NCBI GenBank assembly: GCA_031835245.2
Contig: JAVKOQ020000011.1
Span: 310,001-374,000 of the forward strand
DNA from: Balamuthia mandrillaris
Taxonomy: Eukaryota
Direction: 5' to 3'
DNA: 64,000 bases
Shown here: positions 38,466-51,281 of the stretch, piece by piece
Position numbering within the stretch: position 1 is the first letter of the stretch
Layout: each line of letters begins with the position of its first letter
Notes under the pieces: generated by a model
The model's input: the letters and a program-made list of their open reading frames with translations, nothing else
Databases searched by the model: none
Told to the model about the DNA's origin: nothing
Translations under genes and position numbers: made by a program

Positions 38466-39020
38466 TGCTTGGTGTCTTTGTTTGGTTTGGTTTGGTTTGG
38501 TTTTACGCAAAACGAAGGAGGGGCGAGGTTGTTCTTTGTGGCGGGGGGGGCGGGAGGGGAAGAATTGTCTTTCTTGTCTTTTCTTTCTTTTGTTTTTAAA
38601 CCAGATTTGGTGAGATGAGATCTTGTCGACATGTTCATTTAAAGGGAATCGCCGCCTTATTTAGATATGTAGGTGACGTGGCTTATTCCATTTTATGTAA
38701 ATCTCGGGCAATTTAGATTACCAATTTAGCTGATGTTGTAGATCGCAATGAACCGTCGCTAATTCTTCTTCGTTCTCCTCTTCGTCGTTCTCTTCTGTTC
38801 TCTTCGTCGTTCTCTTCTCTTTTCTTCGTCGTTCTCTTCTCTTCGTCGTTCTCCTCTCTTCTCCTCTATTCTCTTCCTAGTTCTAGTTCACTCTCTCCTC
38901 TTCTCCCCTTCCTTTTTTACTCTGTGGAAGAATACATTTTTCTGCTTTTGTTTGCTTATTGTCTTGCTTGATGTTCGTTCAGAGGCAAAGAGCACAGAGA
39001 GCACAGAGGCCCAAGGCAGG

Positions 39021-40282
39021 TCATGGCTGTTGGTCTTTTGCTGCATTGAGTATGTTCGTCAGTTGATGCACGAATTGAAAGCAGAGGCTCAAAAGCTCTT
39101 GCTGTTGGGCAGGTGGTAGCATTTGAGGAATGGAGGCAAGTGGAGGTAAATGAGGAGGAAATGGCATAGCAGCTGATGAAGCAGAAGCAAAAGCAGAGGA
39201 AGAAGAAGAAGAAGAAGAACAAGAACAAGAAGAACAAGAAGAAGAAGAAGAAGAAGAAGAAGAAGAAGAAGAAGAAGAAGAAGAAGAAGCAGGTTTCGTG
39301 GTAACCGAGGATATTGTAGGCGCGGAAAGCGATGAAGGAGGGGAGGAGGGTGCTGATGAGGATGTGGGACCGAAAGAAGAAGATGAGGAAGATAAAGAGG
39401 AGTAAGAGGAAGAACAAGAAGGAGAGGAAGCAGTGTAAGAGAATGTGGTAGTAGAAGTAGGAATTGAAGACGAAAGAGGAGACGAAGACATTGTAGAAGG
39501 AGGAGAAAAAGTAGTGGCGGTAGGCATAGCAGAGGAAATAGGCAAAGCTGTTGCTGTTATTGAGGGAGTAGAAGGAGACGGTAATGAAGCACAAGGTGAA
39601 GGAGCAGAAGCAGAAGAGAAAGAAGAAGAGGATACGGAAGAGCTAGAAGACACAGAGGAGGAGAAAGAGGATGAAGATAAAGATGAAGGTGAAGAAGATG
39701 CTGAAGATGAACGGAAGGATGGTGAGAGGGGCGAGAAGTATCGAGCAGAGAAAGACGCGGAAGGCGTTGATGGTTTACTTGATGGACCGTTAGCGGTTCC
39801 GAAAACAGAAGAAGCTTTCGGAGAAGGAGAAGGAGAACACAAGGCAGTAGAAGTTTTGATGTTTTGTCTCTTTTTTGGTTTGGTTAGTGTTGGCTCGTTC
39901 TCGTTGCACTCTTCCACTTTTCTTTTTGACTTTGCTATCTTGACATACTTCTCATCCACAAGACTTTGCTCAATTTCCTTTGTATCCACCTCTCCACTGG
40001 CCACCCACCGCTGTAGTAGTCCGTTGGAGTACAAGCATTCAAGCCAGGTTATGGTGGTCATTTGCCAATATTCATGACGAGACTCCGATGACTTGCATTG
40101 CGAATATCCTTCGTCGTTGTTTAACAAGGTGGGAAACTCGGTCTTGATGTGCTCAAACACCCGCTTCAGCAACTCCTCCTTGTGCGCAAGCCACATGTCC
40201 CATCCATGTTCTTGCTCGTTCTCCTGTCTAACCTGAAAGTAGTTAAAATGTTAGCAGAAAGCAAAGAAAGATACAAGGTTCA

Positions 40283-40320
<38 letters not shown>

Positions 40321-41268
40321 CAGAGAGTGAGAGAGTGAGAGTGAGAGAGAACAAGACAAACAGAAAATGAGAGAGAGCTAGAGAGAAAGCTTGGTTACCA
40401 ATCCAGCTAGGAAGCGAAGCGTCACGCTCAACACTTGGTCTCTGCACTTCTTGCGCTCATTGTACCACGCACTCCGCCAGGTGCTCTTCAGCTCCGCGCC
40501 ATAGTCACGAAGTTCTTCCTGGTACCTCCCCTGCCACTCGGAGACTTGGCGGTTGCACTCCTGCTGGCGCTCCCTGGGGTTGGCCGAGGGGCTGGCACGG
40601 AAGAAGGAGCGTCCCACCAGCCGCAACTGCTCCGCCACCGACTCGTAGGACGGAGGAAACAGGCTCTCCTGCGCGTTCTTCTTCGGTCTGCCGCGTTGAC
40701 GACGCACCAGAGGCTTTGGAGGAGGGAAAGCGGTTTGCTGCTTGGCCGACGCGTCGTTTGGATCTCTCGCCTTCCTCCATTTCACTCGCCAGCCGTCTTT
40801 GCTCTCTTGTTCTTTGGCTTTGGCCACGTCCTTTTGCTCCTCTTCTTCCGCTTCCTCTTCGTCGTCGTCTGTTTCGTCTGTTTCGTCTGTTTCGTCTGTT
40901 TCGTCTGTTTCGTCGTCTTCTTCTTGCTCGCTGTCGTCGTGCTCTTGTTCTTCCGCAGAGTCCGCTACTTCCTCACCGTAGTGCTCCTCCTCTTCGTCTG
41001 TTTGGTGGTGCCCGCCGTTGCTTTCCTTTCTCACCATCTTCCACCTCAGCCTCTCCTTCTTCATGGCCAGTCTCTTCAGCTCCACGTTGCGAAGATGCCG
41101 CTGGCTGCTGAAGTGACGGCCGGGCCGGGAAGGGGGCAGCGGCACCATGCAGTACGCACACATCTTTGGGCTGCCCAACAGCAGCATTGCTCGTTCCCTC
41201 TCCTCCTCCTCCTCCTCTTCCTCCTCCTCCGCCCTCTTTCCCTCTTCCGTGTTTTTTTCTTTCTCCAT
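39021..41268 (-). CDS. Hypothetical nuclear protein (matrin/U1-type Zn finger-like, acidic tract, AT-hook-like, Ser-rich tail); two exons inferred
   Basis: CAYC...HFSSQRH and RGRPKK. A phase-0 splice from about 40397 to 40232 joins the two long ORFs. Confidence 0.6.
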
Positions 41269-41519
41269 GCGGTCGTTTGAAACGAATGAACCAGCCCCCT
41301 TTCTTCTATTTTGTGTTGCTTGCTGCTTTCTTTATTTATTATTTATTTTTATATTTAAAATAATAAATAAATAAAACGCTTATATTTAAAATTATTATTT
41401 ATTTTTTTAATTCGTTATAAAAATTTTGAATTATTATCAAATAAATTTTCCTGGAAAAAATCATGATTTGAAAATTAAAAAACAATAAATAAAAGTAATA
41501 TGCAATGTGTAGGAGGAGG

Positions 41520-42944
41520 TCAGCGGAGGCGAGGGGAAGGGTAGTTGAGGAAGCAAGAAAAGTTGTTCCGCAGGCCGTGCTTGTGTTGGGGTGCCCAGGA
41601 GGAGCGTTGCATGCCCGGAGGGCCGTTGCGGACGAGCACGTCCTCCATGACGCCTCCTTCAAAGAGTGTTCACACAGTTTTTAGCAGCAAGAAGAGAGGA
41701 AAGAGCAAGAGAGGAAGAAAAGCAGAGGAGGGAAGGAGAAAAAGAAGAGCTGAACAATTTGAAAAAGAAGATCCAAGCAAAAAAAAAAAAAAAAGAGGCA
41801 AACAACGGTACCGGTCAGTACAATGAGTTTAGTATCGGTGTTTCTGCTTAGCAAAGCAACTGTTTGCAGCGTCTTTGTTAGACATTCCTCTGCGAGGAAT
41901 GGCTGCATTACAGGAAGGAAACGTGTTAAAAAGCCCAACGAACGGAAGTTTATCCCGCAAAACCAAAACCCAACGTACCGGATCAACGAAAAGACAATCG
42001 AATGTGTGATGAAAGTGTGCGGGTACGTTTAATGGTTCGTTATAATCATAAAACTGAAACTGTTCTCCATAGTCTGTCCCACGTGACAAGAAAGCTCGCC
42101 TCAGTGTACTTTTTTAAAAAAAATTAAAAAAAAAAAAACAAAAACATACCTGCGAAGCGTTTGTCATACTCAAACAGGAACACGTGTGAAGAGTCCATTG
42201 GGAGTTGCTGCAAGTTCAAACAATTCAGCATTCAGATGCTAACCAGAAGAAAGAAGAAGACGAAGAAGAAGAAAACCAGCCACAAACCTGAATAGCACGA
42301 AAGATGGTGGGTGTTGAAATGCATGCAACTCTCTGTCCGGACAAAGGAGGACACAACTGCAGTGCCTCCTCCGCCAACAACATGGCCGTCTCCTCGGAGT
42401 ACCAAAACTGAGACAGCTGCCAATTCTCTCGTACCGCGCCCACAAACTCTTTGCTGTCGCTCGTCTCTTGTTCGGCGGCAATGCTGCCCTCTTCGCCCCA
42501 TTTCTGCTTCTTCTTGCGCCCCTCCTTGACCATTTGCTCTCGTTCCTTCTTGTCCAGCTCCTCCTGCTCCTTGAGGAATTCTTGCAGCACGGCCAAGGTG
42601 GAGCTGCTCAGCTTGGCTTTGGGTGCCCGCAGCTTCCTTCGTACCGCACTGAAGCTGAAGCCATCGGCGGGGTCGGTGTCGTCCTCTTCCTCCTCGCGTT
42701 CCATGGCGAACGCTTTGGTGGCGAGGAAGAGGTCGTCCACCTCTTCCTCCACAAAGCTTTCGATGCGTGTCGGAAGGTCGTCCTTGCTGGCAGGGACCGC
42801 CGCGCTTGTCCGGTCTTCAGCCAGCGGCCTATCCGCTTCTTCTGCGGAGGGGGAGGCGGAAGAGGGTCCCACCGCACAGCTGTCATAGAAGAGGACCGCA
42901 TTGCCAAACTCTTCCACCAAATAGGTTGTAGCGGTGTCCTCCAT
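41520..42944 (-). CDS. EEF1AKMT1: EEF1A lysine methyltransferase 1 (N6AMT2/Efm5 family), multi-exon
   Basis: ENWQLSQFWYS, RVACISTPT, LFEYDKRF, FQFYDYNEP, VDP; final exon PQHKHGLRNNFSCF. Confidence 0.88.
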
Positions 42945-43647
42945 TTTTTTTTTTTTTTTTGTTGTTGGTTCTCCCCGATATTTTACTCTGCTGGGTGTTG
43001 GCCTGTTCTGGTGGAGAGAAAGAACGAGAAGAAGAATGGAACGGGAGATGAAGGTTAAACAAAAAAAAAGAAGAGTTCACCGGCGAAGGAAGAATACAAT
43101 CAAATAAAAGTTTAAGGAGTTTCCACCTTACGATGCTTTAAGGAGATCTCCTTATTGAATAACTTGCGGCAAGACCCATGGCCCTCCTCCAACGTTCTTG
43201 GCCGTTCACTCGGACGGGGTGGGGTGCAAGCGGACCGGTTCCACGCTGTTCAGAACAGAAAACACCGGTGAGGTTGTTAACCGGGGAGGTTGAAAGAACT
43301 ACTCGTCGATAGCGGGGATGGCTGGATAGTTTGGGTGAAGATTTTTATTTCGAAAGTTTTATCATAAACGATACATACAATGATTTTAAAAAAATAGTTG
43401 GGGTGTTATTTCCAAAGAAGCCAATCTACGAATTTTCGAGAACCAACTTTGAAAATCCATTGGATAGGATGCGTCGACAATTATTTCGATTGGCTGAATA
43501 TCAAAACGGTTCACCGAAAAGGCAAAGAAGAAAGGGGGGAACAAAGAGACACCACCTTTGAGACCACCTTTGGAGCTGCCGAGCTTTGAAAGAAGAGAGC
43601 ATCAGCCCGGGACGTGCAGAACGAAAACACACAATAAAAATTGTGGA

Positions 43648-46222
43648 ATGAATGTACAAGATAGCAAAGGACGGGGTGGACGGGGAGGAAGAGGCAGGCC
43701 TCGCGGCGGAGGGCGTTACTCTTCCCCTGCCTCACCGTCTGCAGACGTGACCCCCGGCGTCCTCTGGCGCGGTGCCGGCTGCGATGTCGGCACGCTGCCC
43801 CCAACGCTTCTCACCGACGCTCAAATGCAAGAGTTCATTCGAGCGGGCTACCTGGTGCTGCGCAGCGCTCACCTCCCCTCCGAATTTCACCAACACATCT
43901 TCCAGCAAGCCAAGTCCGCGTGCATCACCGACGAGGAGAACCCTGGCAACAACATCCTGCCGCGCATGCCCTCCCTTCGGCTCGTTTTTGAGGATCCCTC
44001 CGTTCGAGGAGCTCTTACCAGCATTCTTGGTATTTCTTTTCTTCTTTTCTTTTCTTTTCTTATTCTCTTTTTTTTAAATGTTTTACATGAAAAGGACAAA
44101 ACTATATGATGCATCCGCATAGACATTGTCATGAGAGCCTTCCTGGCAGACAACCGCAGCTGTGGCACAAGGACAGCTACTTTGGTGGACACAAACAGCG
44201 GCACCACCGGCCTAGGTGGGTCATGGCCATGTACTACCCTCAAAAAACTCCTCTCGGTTAGTATCAGTTTCTCTTTCTTATGCTGTGCTTCACGTTACCG
44301 CTTCGTAGTTCAGTTACTGTTCTTCTTCTTCTTCTTCTTCTTGTTCTTATTCTTCTTCCTGCTTCCCTCTGTTTTTTTTTTTCGTTTCTCCTTCGTTGCT
44401 TCTTGTAGTCCTCGTCTCTCCTACTTGTCTCTTTTTATGGAACACTCAAAGAAGCAGATGCTAACGAAGATTAAACTCAGTGGTAGGACCCACTTCCATA
44501 ATACCATGCAGTCAGTACTATGGCGAAAAGGAGAGGCAACACCGCCGATTCTCCGAGCCACCTCCCGAATGGTTCTTGGAGGGCAAGGACTTGGCTTGCG
44601 ATGCTGGCACAGTAGTGCTTATCCATTATGACATTTGGCATAGGGGCAGCGCCAATCGCAGTGAAGACAAGCTGCGTTTCATGTTCAAGTTTCAGTTTGT
44701 GCGAACGGAGGAGCCTGTTGTTCCCACTTGGAACTTTGCCTCCTCTCGATGGCTGGCTCCATCTTCTGATCCTTCTGACTCCTCTGATGTTTCTTGTTCT
44801 TCATCGTCATCGTCTTTTTGGCCATCTTCTTCAACAGCCACAGATAGGCCTGCAAGCACATCAAAGGTAATTCGCAAGCAAAGAAACGGAAGAATAACAG
44901 GGAAGCAGCAAACACCAAGCACAGACACATCTCCTTCATCTACTGTCGTTTCTTCTCCTGCTTCTGCTTCTTCTTCTTGTTCTTCTTCTTCTGCTTCTTC
45001 TTCTTCTTCTTCTTCTTCTTCTTCTTCTTCTTCTTCTTCTTCTTCTTCTTCTTTAATTGCAAACAATGCGGTTAATGGCATGAATGACGAACAACTGCAA
45101 GCCCTCATTGACAAACACTTTGGAGGAGACCCATTAAAACTATTCAACAGCAAAGGAGGAATCATGAAACTAACTGGCATGTGGGCCAGTGACATCTTAA
45201 ACGGGGTCAAAGACACAACCGCAGACAAAGCCGCTTTCAACCACCTCAAACAGCAAGTGCAGCAGGAGGCAGAACAAAGAGCGAAGCGCTATGTCGCCAC
45301 GTGCTTGAAACAACGGAGAGACCGTAACTTGATGCCTGTTTGGTTAGACGTTTGGCGGTGGTTGTGTGGCCGAGCCTACAAAGAAGGGGGACAGAAAGAG
45401 GAAGAAGCAGAAAAAGAGAAGGAGACAGAGAAAGCAACACCGGAAACAACAGAATCAGCTTCTCAACTGCTTCAAGATCTATTATCAGGCCGCGACGACC
45501 CAACATGCCTTCGAGCTGCTTATCTCTTAGGTTCCTCTTACATGAACTCTTCTTACAAAAACAACAGCCACGATCAGCAGCTTTGCGAACAAGTGGCTGA
45601 TGCTCTCCGCCAAAAGCAGGAGCTCTTCGTACAAAGAAACGCCGCCTACGCCTTCATTGCCTCCATCAACGGAGCAGATGATCCATCCTCCTCCCTCTCA
45701 GCTCTCATGAACTTGTTGGCTCCCAACAAGCGTCTCTCTCAGGGCGCCTTGGCTCACGCCATCTTCAGTCTGGGCGAGGTCCTTCCCTCTCTCTCCTTCA
45801 TTCTCCAAAGCAAATCAGTGGACCTTCTCCTGCATCACATCGACGCTCCCGAGTTTGCTCCTCGCGCCAACGTCGCCGAAGCTCTCGGCAATCTCTCCTA
45901 CCTCATGAAAGAACAAAACGAAAAAGCGCAATCAGCACTTATAGAGCGTTGCGTGAACGCATTGAAGAAGCTGGTTGCAGAAGATCCGGAGCCACAAGTG
46001 AGGCACACGGCTTGTTTGGCTTTGCTGCGGTGGCGACATCCTTCCGCTGTGGAGGTGTTGCAACGAGCTGCGACGATGGATCAGGACAGGTATGTGGTGG
46101 GGTATGCCCTGGAGGCGTTGTGCCGGTTGGTGGAGGTTCGGCCCGACCTCATCTCTTCGTTGATGGACCTTTTGTTTGCTTCTCGTTGGTGTCCTTTTAC
46201 CACTGCTCGATCTCAGTTCTAA
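43648..46222 (+). CDS. PhyH-family Fe(II)/2-oxoglutarate dioxygenase fused to HEAT/PBS-like repeats
   Basis: FIRAGYLV; HxD motif in LWHKDSY; GPTSIIPCSQY; distal His in HYDIWHRG; RFMFKFQF. C-terminal HEAT-like repeats (RANVAEALG, DPEPQVRHTACLAL). Confidence 0.82.
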
Positions 46223-46291
46223 GGGAGCCCCGGCAAGGCATGCCGACCCCTCCTCTTCCACATTGCTTCTTCTGTTTAAATAGCCCTTTTA

Positions 46292-49200
46292 TTATTTTTT
46301 GATCCCTTGCATTTGCATCATTTCAGCTGCGGCCCATCGGGTCCAAGCTTGGCATTGCAGCACTGGGAAAGGGATGGGCAATGCCCCATCCAAGTTGTTC
46401 AGCTCCTTCTCTTGCCACTCCCTGAACCTTTCCACCGTTCGTTCTAATCCTTCCAATGACAATATAGCATACACCTAAAATTCCTCTCTTTTGATGAGTT
46501 CTTCTAAACAAAGGAGAGCGAAAGAGAAAGAGAGAGGAAGAGAGATGGGAATACCTCCAACCCATCAGGGAGTTCTGTGATGTGACTCAATACTGAAGAT
46601 TCGTCCGAGCTTTGGACTTGTCCATCGTACAAAGAGGCAGATGATGGCGGTTGTCCACTCGCTTCAACTTCCTGTTGCTCGACAGGCTCTTCAGTTGCAG
46701 TTGCTGCCGAGGCAGCGTTCTCCTCCTCTTGGCGTTCGCTATCTTCCCCCTTTTCTTCTTCTTCTATGACTTGGCCGCTGCCGCTCCGGCTACGTCTTTG
46801 ATGTTTATAGTGATGGTCTTTTTGTTTCCGTTCACGTTTTCTGTCTTTGATTTGGTCAAAACTTCTGCTTCGACCATTTGAAGAGGAGGAGGAAGAAGAA
46901 GAAGAAAAGGAAGGTGAAGTGGGTGAAGAGGGTAATGAAGAAGAACGTCGCCGAGGGGCTCGAGGACTTGTGTGATCGCTGTCACTGCTACTACTGCCGC
47001 TGCTGCTCGAACGGCTACCTGAAGAAGACGAAGAAGATCTTCTTTCTCTTCTTTCTCTAGAAAGAGAGGAAGAAGACGAACGTCTGGAACGATTGCTATG
47101 TCGTTCTTGTGGCTGTTGCTGTGATTCTAAAATTTGAGCACTGTTGTTGTCGCTAACAAAAACTGGAATGGAGGAAAGAGAACGTCTCTTCTTGTGTTTA
47201 CTTGTTGTTGTAGCTCTGCTGTTGTGCCAAGATGGAGAGTGCTTATCGGTTACACTGCTGGTACTCCTCCGCAACTTTGTATTCTTTTTGTTGGGATCGT
47301 TGCTGCGTCCCAATGACTTTGTGTGATCTTCCTTTCTTCGGTATTTTGGTTTTTGAATCTCTTTTTGTTGTTGTTCCTCTTTGTCCCCGTTCTCCTTCTT
47401 TTCCTTCGTATTATTGTCAGGGTTTTCGTTCTCTTTTTCGCCTTGTTGCCGACTATTTGCTTGTTCCATTTCTTTTTTCTCATCTTCCACTTCTGATGGT
47501 TCGTCAGTGATACTCTGTTCTTTCTCGGTTTCTGCTGTTCCAGCATCTTTAACCCGTTCGTTCAAAACAAGGTCTTCTTGCTCTGTTGTGTTGTTGCTTT
47601 CCTTGTCATCACGTCCATCGTTTTCATCGGGACAACCATTGCCCTGTATTTCTCCATCTTTTTTTCTTGGACCTTTCTGCTCTTTCTGTGTTACTTTTAC
47701 ATCCTCCGCTTCTCCTCCTCCTATTTCCTTCGTTGTTTGTTCTTCTCTGTTTTCATCCAGCTTCGTTCTTCTGCTTTCTTCGTTCACTTCTTCGTCCCTT
47801 TTATTTTGTTCTTCATTCACTCCATCCTCTTTCAGTTCATCCGTTTCACTCGTCTTTGTTTTATCTCTTCCATTTTGCGGAGAGGAATGTTGTTTCTTGT
47901 TGCTGTCGCTGTCGTTGTCGCTAGTTGTCGTTTTCTTCGTTTCTGTGTTGTTATTATTTCCTCCCTCGTCTACACTATTTTCCTTTGTCGAATTCTTTCG
48001 TTTGGAATAAAGAAGAGGAGAAGCTTTCCGCTTAAACCGTTCCTTGGGAGTAGATTTGCTCTTCTCTGGACTTAAAGTTGGAGACGTTGTGCCGTTTGTT
48101 CTGCTGCTCTCCGATTTCCATTTCTGCTTTTCTCGTTCTTTCTTGTTTGCTCTATCCTTTTCTTTCGCTTTCGCTTTCTCCTTTTCCTTCTCCTTCTTAT
48201 CTTTCTTCGTCTTCTTGGGTTTCTTTTTCAGTTTCTTTGGATCTGGTTTTTGAAGCCCCGCTAGACCCAACTGTTGAGCTAGCTCTTGTTGTCGGTCTCT
48301 ATCTTTCCGACGTTGGTCTTTTACTTGGTCCCACTGCACTCTCGCTTTCATCAGCTGTATCCTGTTTTCAATCATTGTATCTATTTCTCTGGTTTTTTTT
48401 AAAGTTCATTAAGTTTGATTTGTTTGCTCCTGTTTGTAAGAATAAAGCAAGGAAGAGAACGAGGAGAGAGAGAGAGAGAGAGAAAGAGAGAAAGAGAAAG
48501 AGAGAAAGAGAGAGAGAATCCAAACTTGTCTATCTGCTGTTCATGTGGAAAACAATCTGAAAAACCCGATTTATCTAGCCGATTGTACTCTTGTTTCAAC
48601 CGTTGTGCCTTTGTTTTGCAACCGTCAGCAACATCAAAACAATCAAAATTAAAAAGTTAAGCTGAAAATAACAAACCTTAAAAACAAGAACACGATGATA
48701 GAGGTCCCTAATTTCGGTGTTCCAATGACAGAAGAACTTGAAGAACATGTCTCTCAACAATGTTTGCTGCAACAAGTAGACTCTCGGTCCACCAAAGAAC
48801 ACGCCAAGGTTGTAGTACAGAAACATGAGCACACGTGCAAGCAATACGTGATGCTCCTGTTGAAGCAGGATGCAAAGTCCTTTAAAGAAGAACTCATAGT
48901 CGAAGCCAGGTGGCAGTCTATTATAGAGCTGTCTTACTGTCTCGAACCATTCCATCAACATATCCACCGCAGCTTGAAAGGGAATATAAATAAAGAAAGC
49001 AAGACAAACGAAAAGATAAAGAGAGGAGAAATAAGAACCTTCAGCAGACGGGATATCATGCACACTTGTCTTTGTAAAAAGAATCTTTACGAGCAAGTTC
49101 AATAGGCTCGGGTTGACAAGCAAGGAACAGGAACATTTCATGAGGGAACGATCTTGCTGCCACAACGAAACGTTGGTTTTGCTGGTCTTGAGCTCAAAGA

Positions 49201-50016
49201 GAAAGGCATGCACGAACTGCCTGTAACCTGGGATGACGTGCCACTGAACGGCTCGATGGTCTCCTGTGAGATAACATACCTGATCGATAAAGTCAGATAG
49301 AAAGACATAAAAGTTTTGTCCTCTATCTGTGAATCTAGTTTGAAAGGTTAAAAGTGAAAGAATGCAAGCAGCAGTAAGAAAAACAAGAAAAATTACTTTC
49401 GGAGCCATGCTTGTTTCTTGCTTTGAGTTTGAATGAGCAAAGGTTTCGTTCCTTCCATAGCAGAGAAAAGAGAACCCATCATACCAAATACTTGCGTACT
49501 GATTGTCAGAAAGCAAAAAGCTGAGTTGGGGACAAAGATAGAAAGAGGAGAAAGAAGCCGCTAAACGCTAACCTGCGAGAAGGAAAATCTAAGTCTTCTT
49601 CTTCGTTATGCAGGCTTTGTTGTAAACCTGCATTGATTATGTCGTGAATCTCTTTGTACAATTGCTTATCTTTGCTGGCTGCTGCCTTCTCTTTGCCTTC
49701 TGGCCAAACACTGTCCAGCACTAACACCATCAACTTTGGGAAGCAAAAGTAGTTGATAGCTTTTGTTTCATGAAATATTAAGTTTTAGTTTAAAGCAAAC
49801 AAAAACCAACTCACAAACTCACAAACCAAACAAAAAACAAGAGTACCTAACATCTTGGAACAGAATTCCAAAAGGGAAGAATAAACAGCGCCTCTATTTA
49901 GCTTGTTGACGCTAAAGTGAAGCGTCTCGTTGAGCATGTTGTGATAATCTACAGCCAACTTAAGATCAGCAGGATGACAAGCGGGTTTCATTTCTACCCA
50001 TTCTGTTAAGAGAGAG

Positions 50017-50061
<45 letters not shown>

Positions 50062-50817
50062 AGAACACAACATTAAAAGCAGTGTTAGTGTAAGAACGAG
50101 CAGATAAATTAAAAACACACAAAATGAGAAACGGAAAACGAGAAGAACGAACGCAGATTGAAGATGTCAAACTCGGGCCGACGCACGATGAAAACTATTT
50201 CCTTGAAGAAAAGCGGGCGGTCAGAGTACGTCGCCAAGGGAGCTTCCTTCAACAAATACTGCCAACTGCAGCGAGAGAGAAAGAGAGAAGAGAAGAAACA
50301 ATAGTAAGGCTTCTTGAACAGGCAGAGAGAGCGAGAGAGAGAGCTCGTGTTCAAACCAATGAAGCAAAGCTTCCTTGCTTTTGCGCTCCTGTGCTTTATC
50401 CTTGTAGACTGTTTCACAACAACATAATGACAGTTGGCTAAACGGATGAACAAAAACGTAGGAGACAAACGGACAGAGAAGCGACGAAAGAGAAAGGAAA
50501 AAAAAAACGGAGAGAAGCGACGAAAGAGAAACGACGAAAGAGAGAGAATCAGTAGGTGTTCGCACCCCACGGTTTTTGCAACGGGTGAAACAGCCTCTTG
50601 ACGATGGCCAGTCGCTCCGTGTACCGCTTTTTCTTGTCCAGTCTGGAGTACGATAAGATTTTGTATTTCAATTCAAACGTTTAAAAAAAACAACAAAAGG
50701 CAAGAGAAGCAAGGAAGAGACTGACGTGGTGAGATTCTTATGAATGTTTCGGGTGAAAGGCAGAACAGTTCCACGCGTTTCCTCCTCGTCGCCGACGGGC
50801 ACTACCACCCTATCCAT
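46292..50817 (-). CDS. DUF1765-like conserved protein with a long charged low-complexity tail, multi-exon
   Basis: YSDRPLFFKEI, LFTKTSVHD, FDYEFFFKG, FFCHWNTEIRDLYHRVLVFK. Family assignment from recollection of motifs. Confidence 0.55.
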
Positions 50818-51281
50818 TTTTGCTTCTTACACCGGACGTTAACGGACGTCTTTTTGCCAAATAAGAGGAAAGAAGAAAGAAAAACTCCCAAAAAGCTATT
50901 ATTTTTTTTTCCAAGATGATGATGAATGTCTCTCTTCTCTCCCGACTTCTTTCTGTTGTGTCTTTTTCCTTTTCCTTTTACTCCTTCATTATACGACGCG
51001 ACGACACGAAATGTGTCGACGCACATATTTCAGGACGACACGAACATAGCTCCAACCATATCTGACGACAGGGAAAGCATACGTCATTTATTCCCAAATT
51101 AGATATAGTTGACGTGGGTCAATGGAGACGTAGGGGCTTTGGATGACGTGCGTTTTATCAAATTTGGGAAAATATTACGTCAGCAGTCTGTGCGAAGAAA
51201 AAAGAAAGAAACCAAGTAGTGAAAAGATTTGTTTTTTCGTATTGTCCTCTTTTTTTTGGTACAAGAGAGGGACAACGAACA

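Noticed and set aside
38765..38875. Degenerate GTTCTCTTCTCTTCGTC repeats
   Set aside because: Low-complexity pyrimidine tract typical of this genome.
40866..40915. (GTCTGTTTC)n 9-bp repeat
   Set aside because: Simply encodes the DET-DET acidic tract of the minus-strand gene.
39445..41280. Long plus-strand ORFs opposite the hypothetical gene
   Set aside because: Antisense shadows of low-complexity coding sequence, like many other entries in the ORF track.
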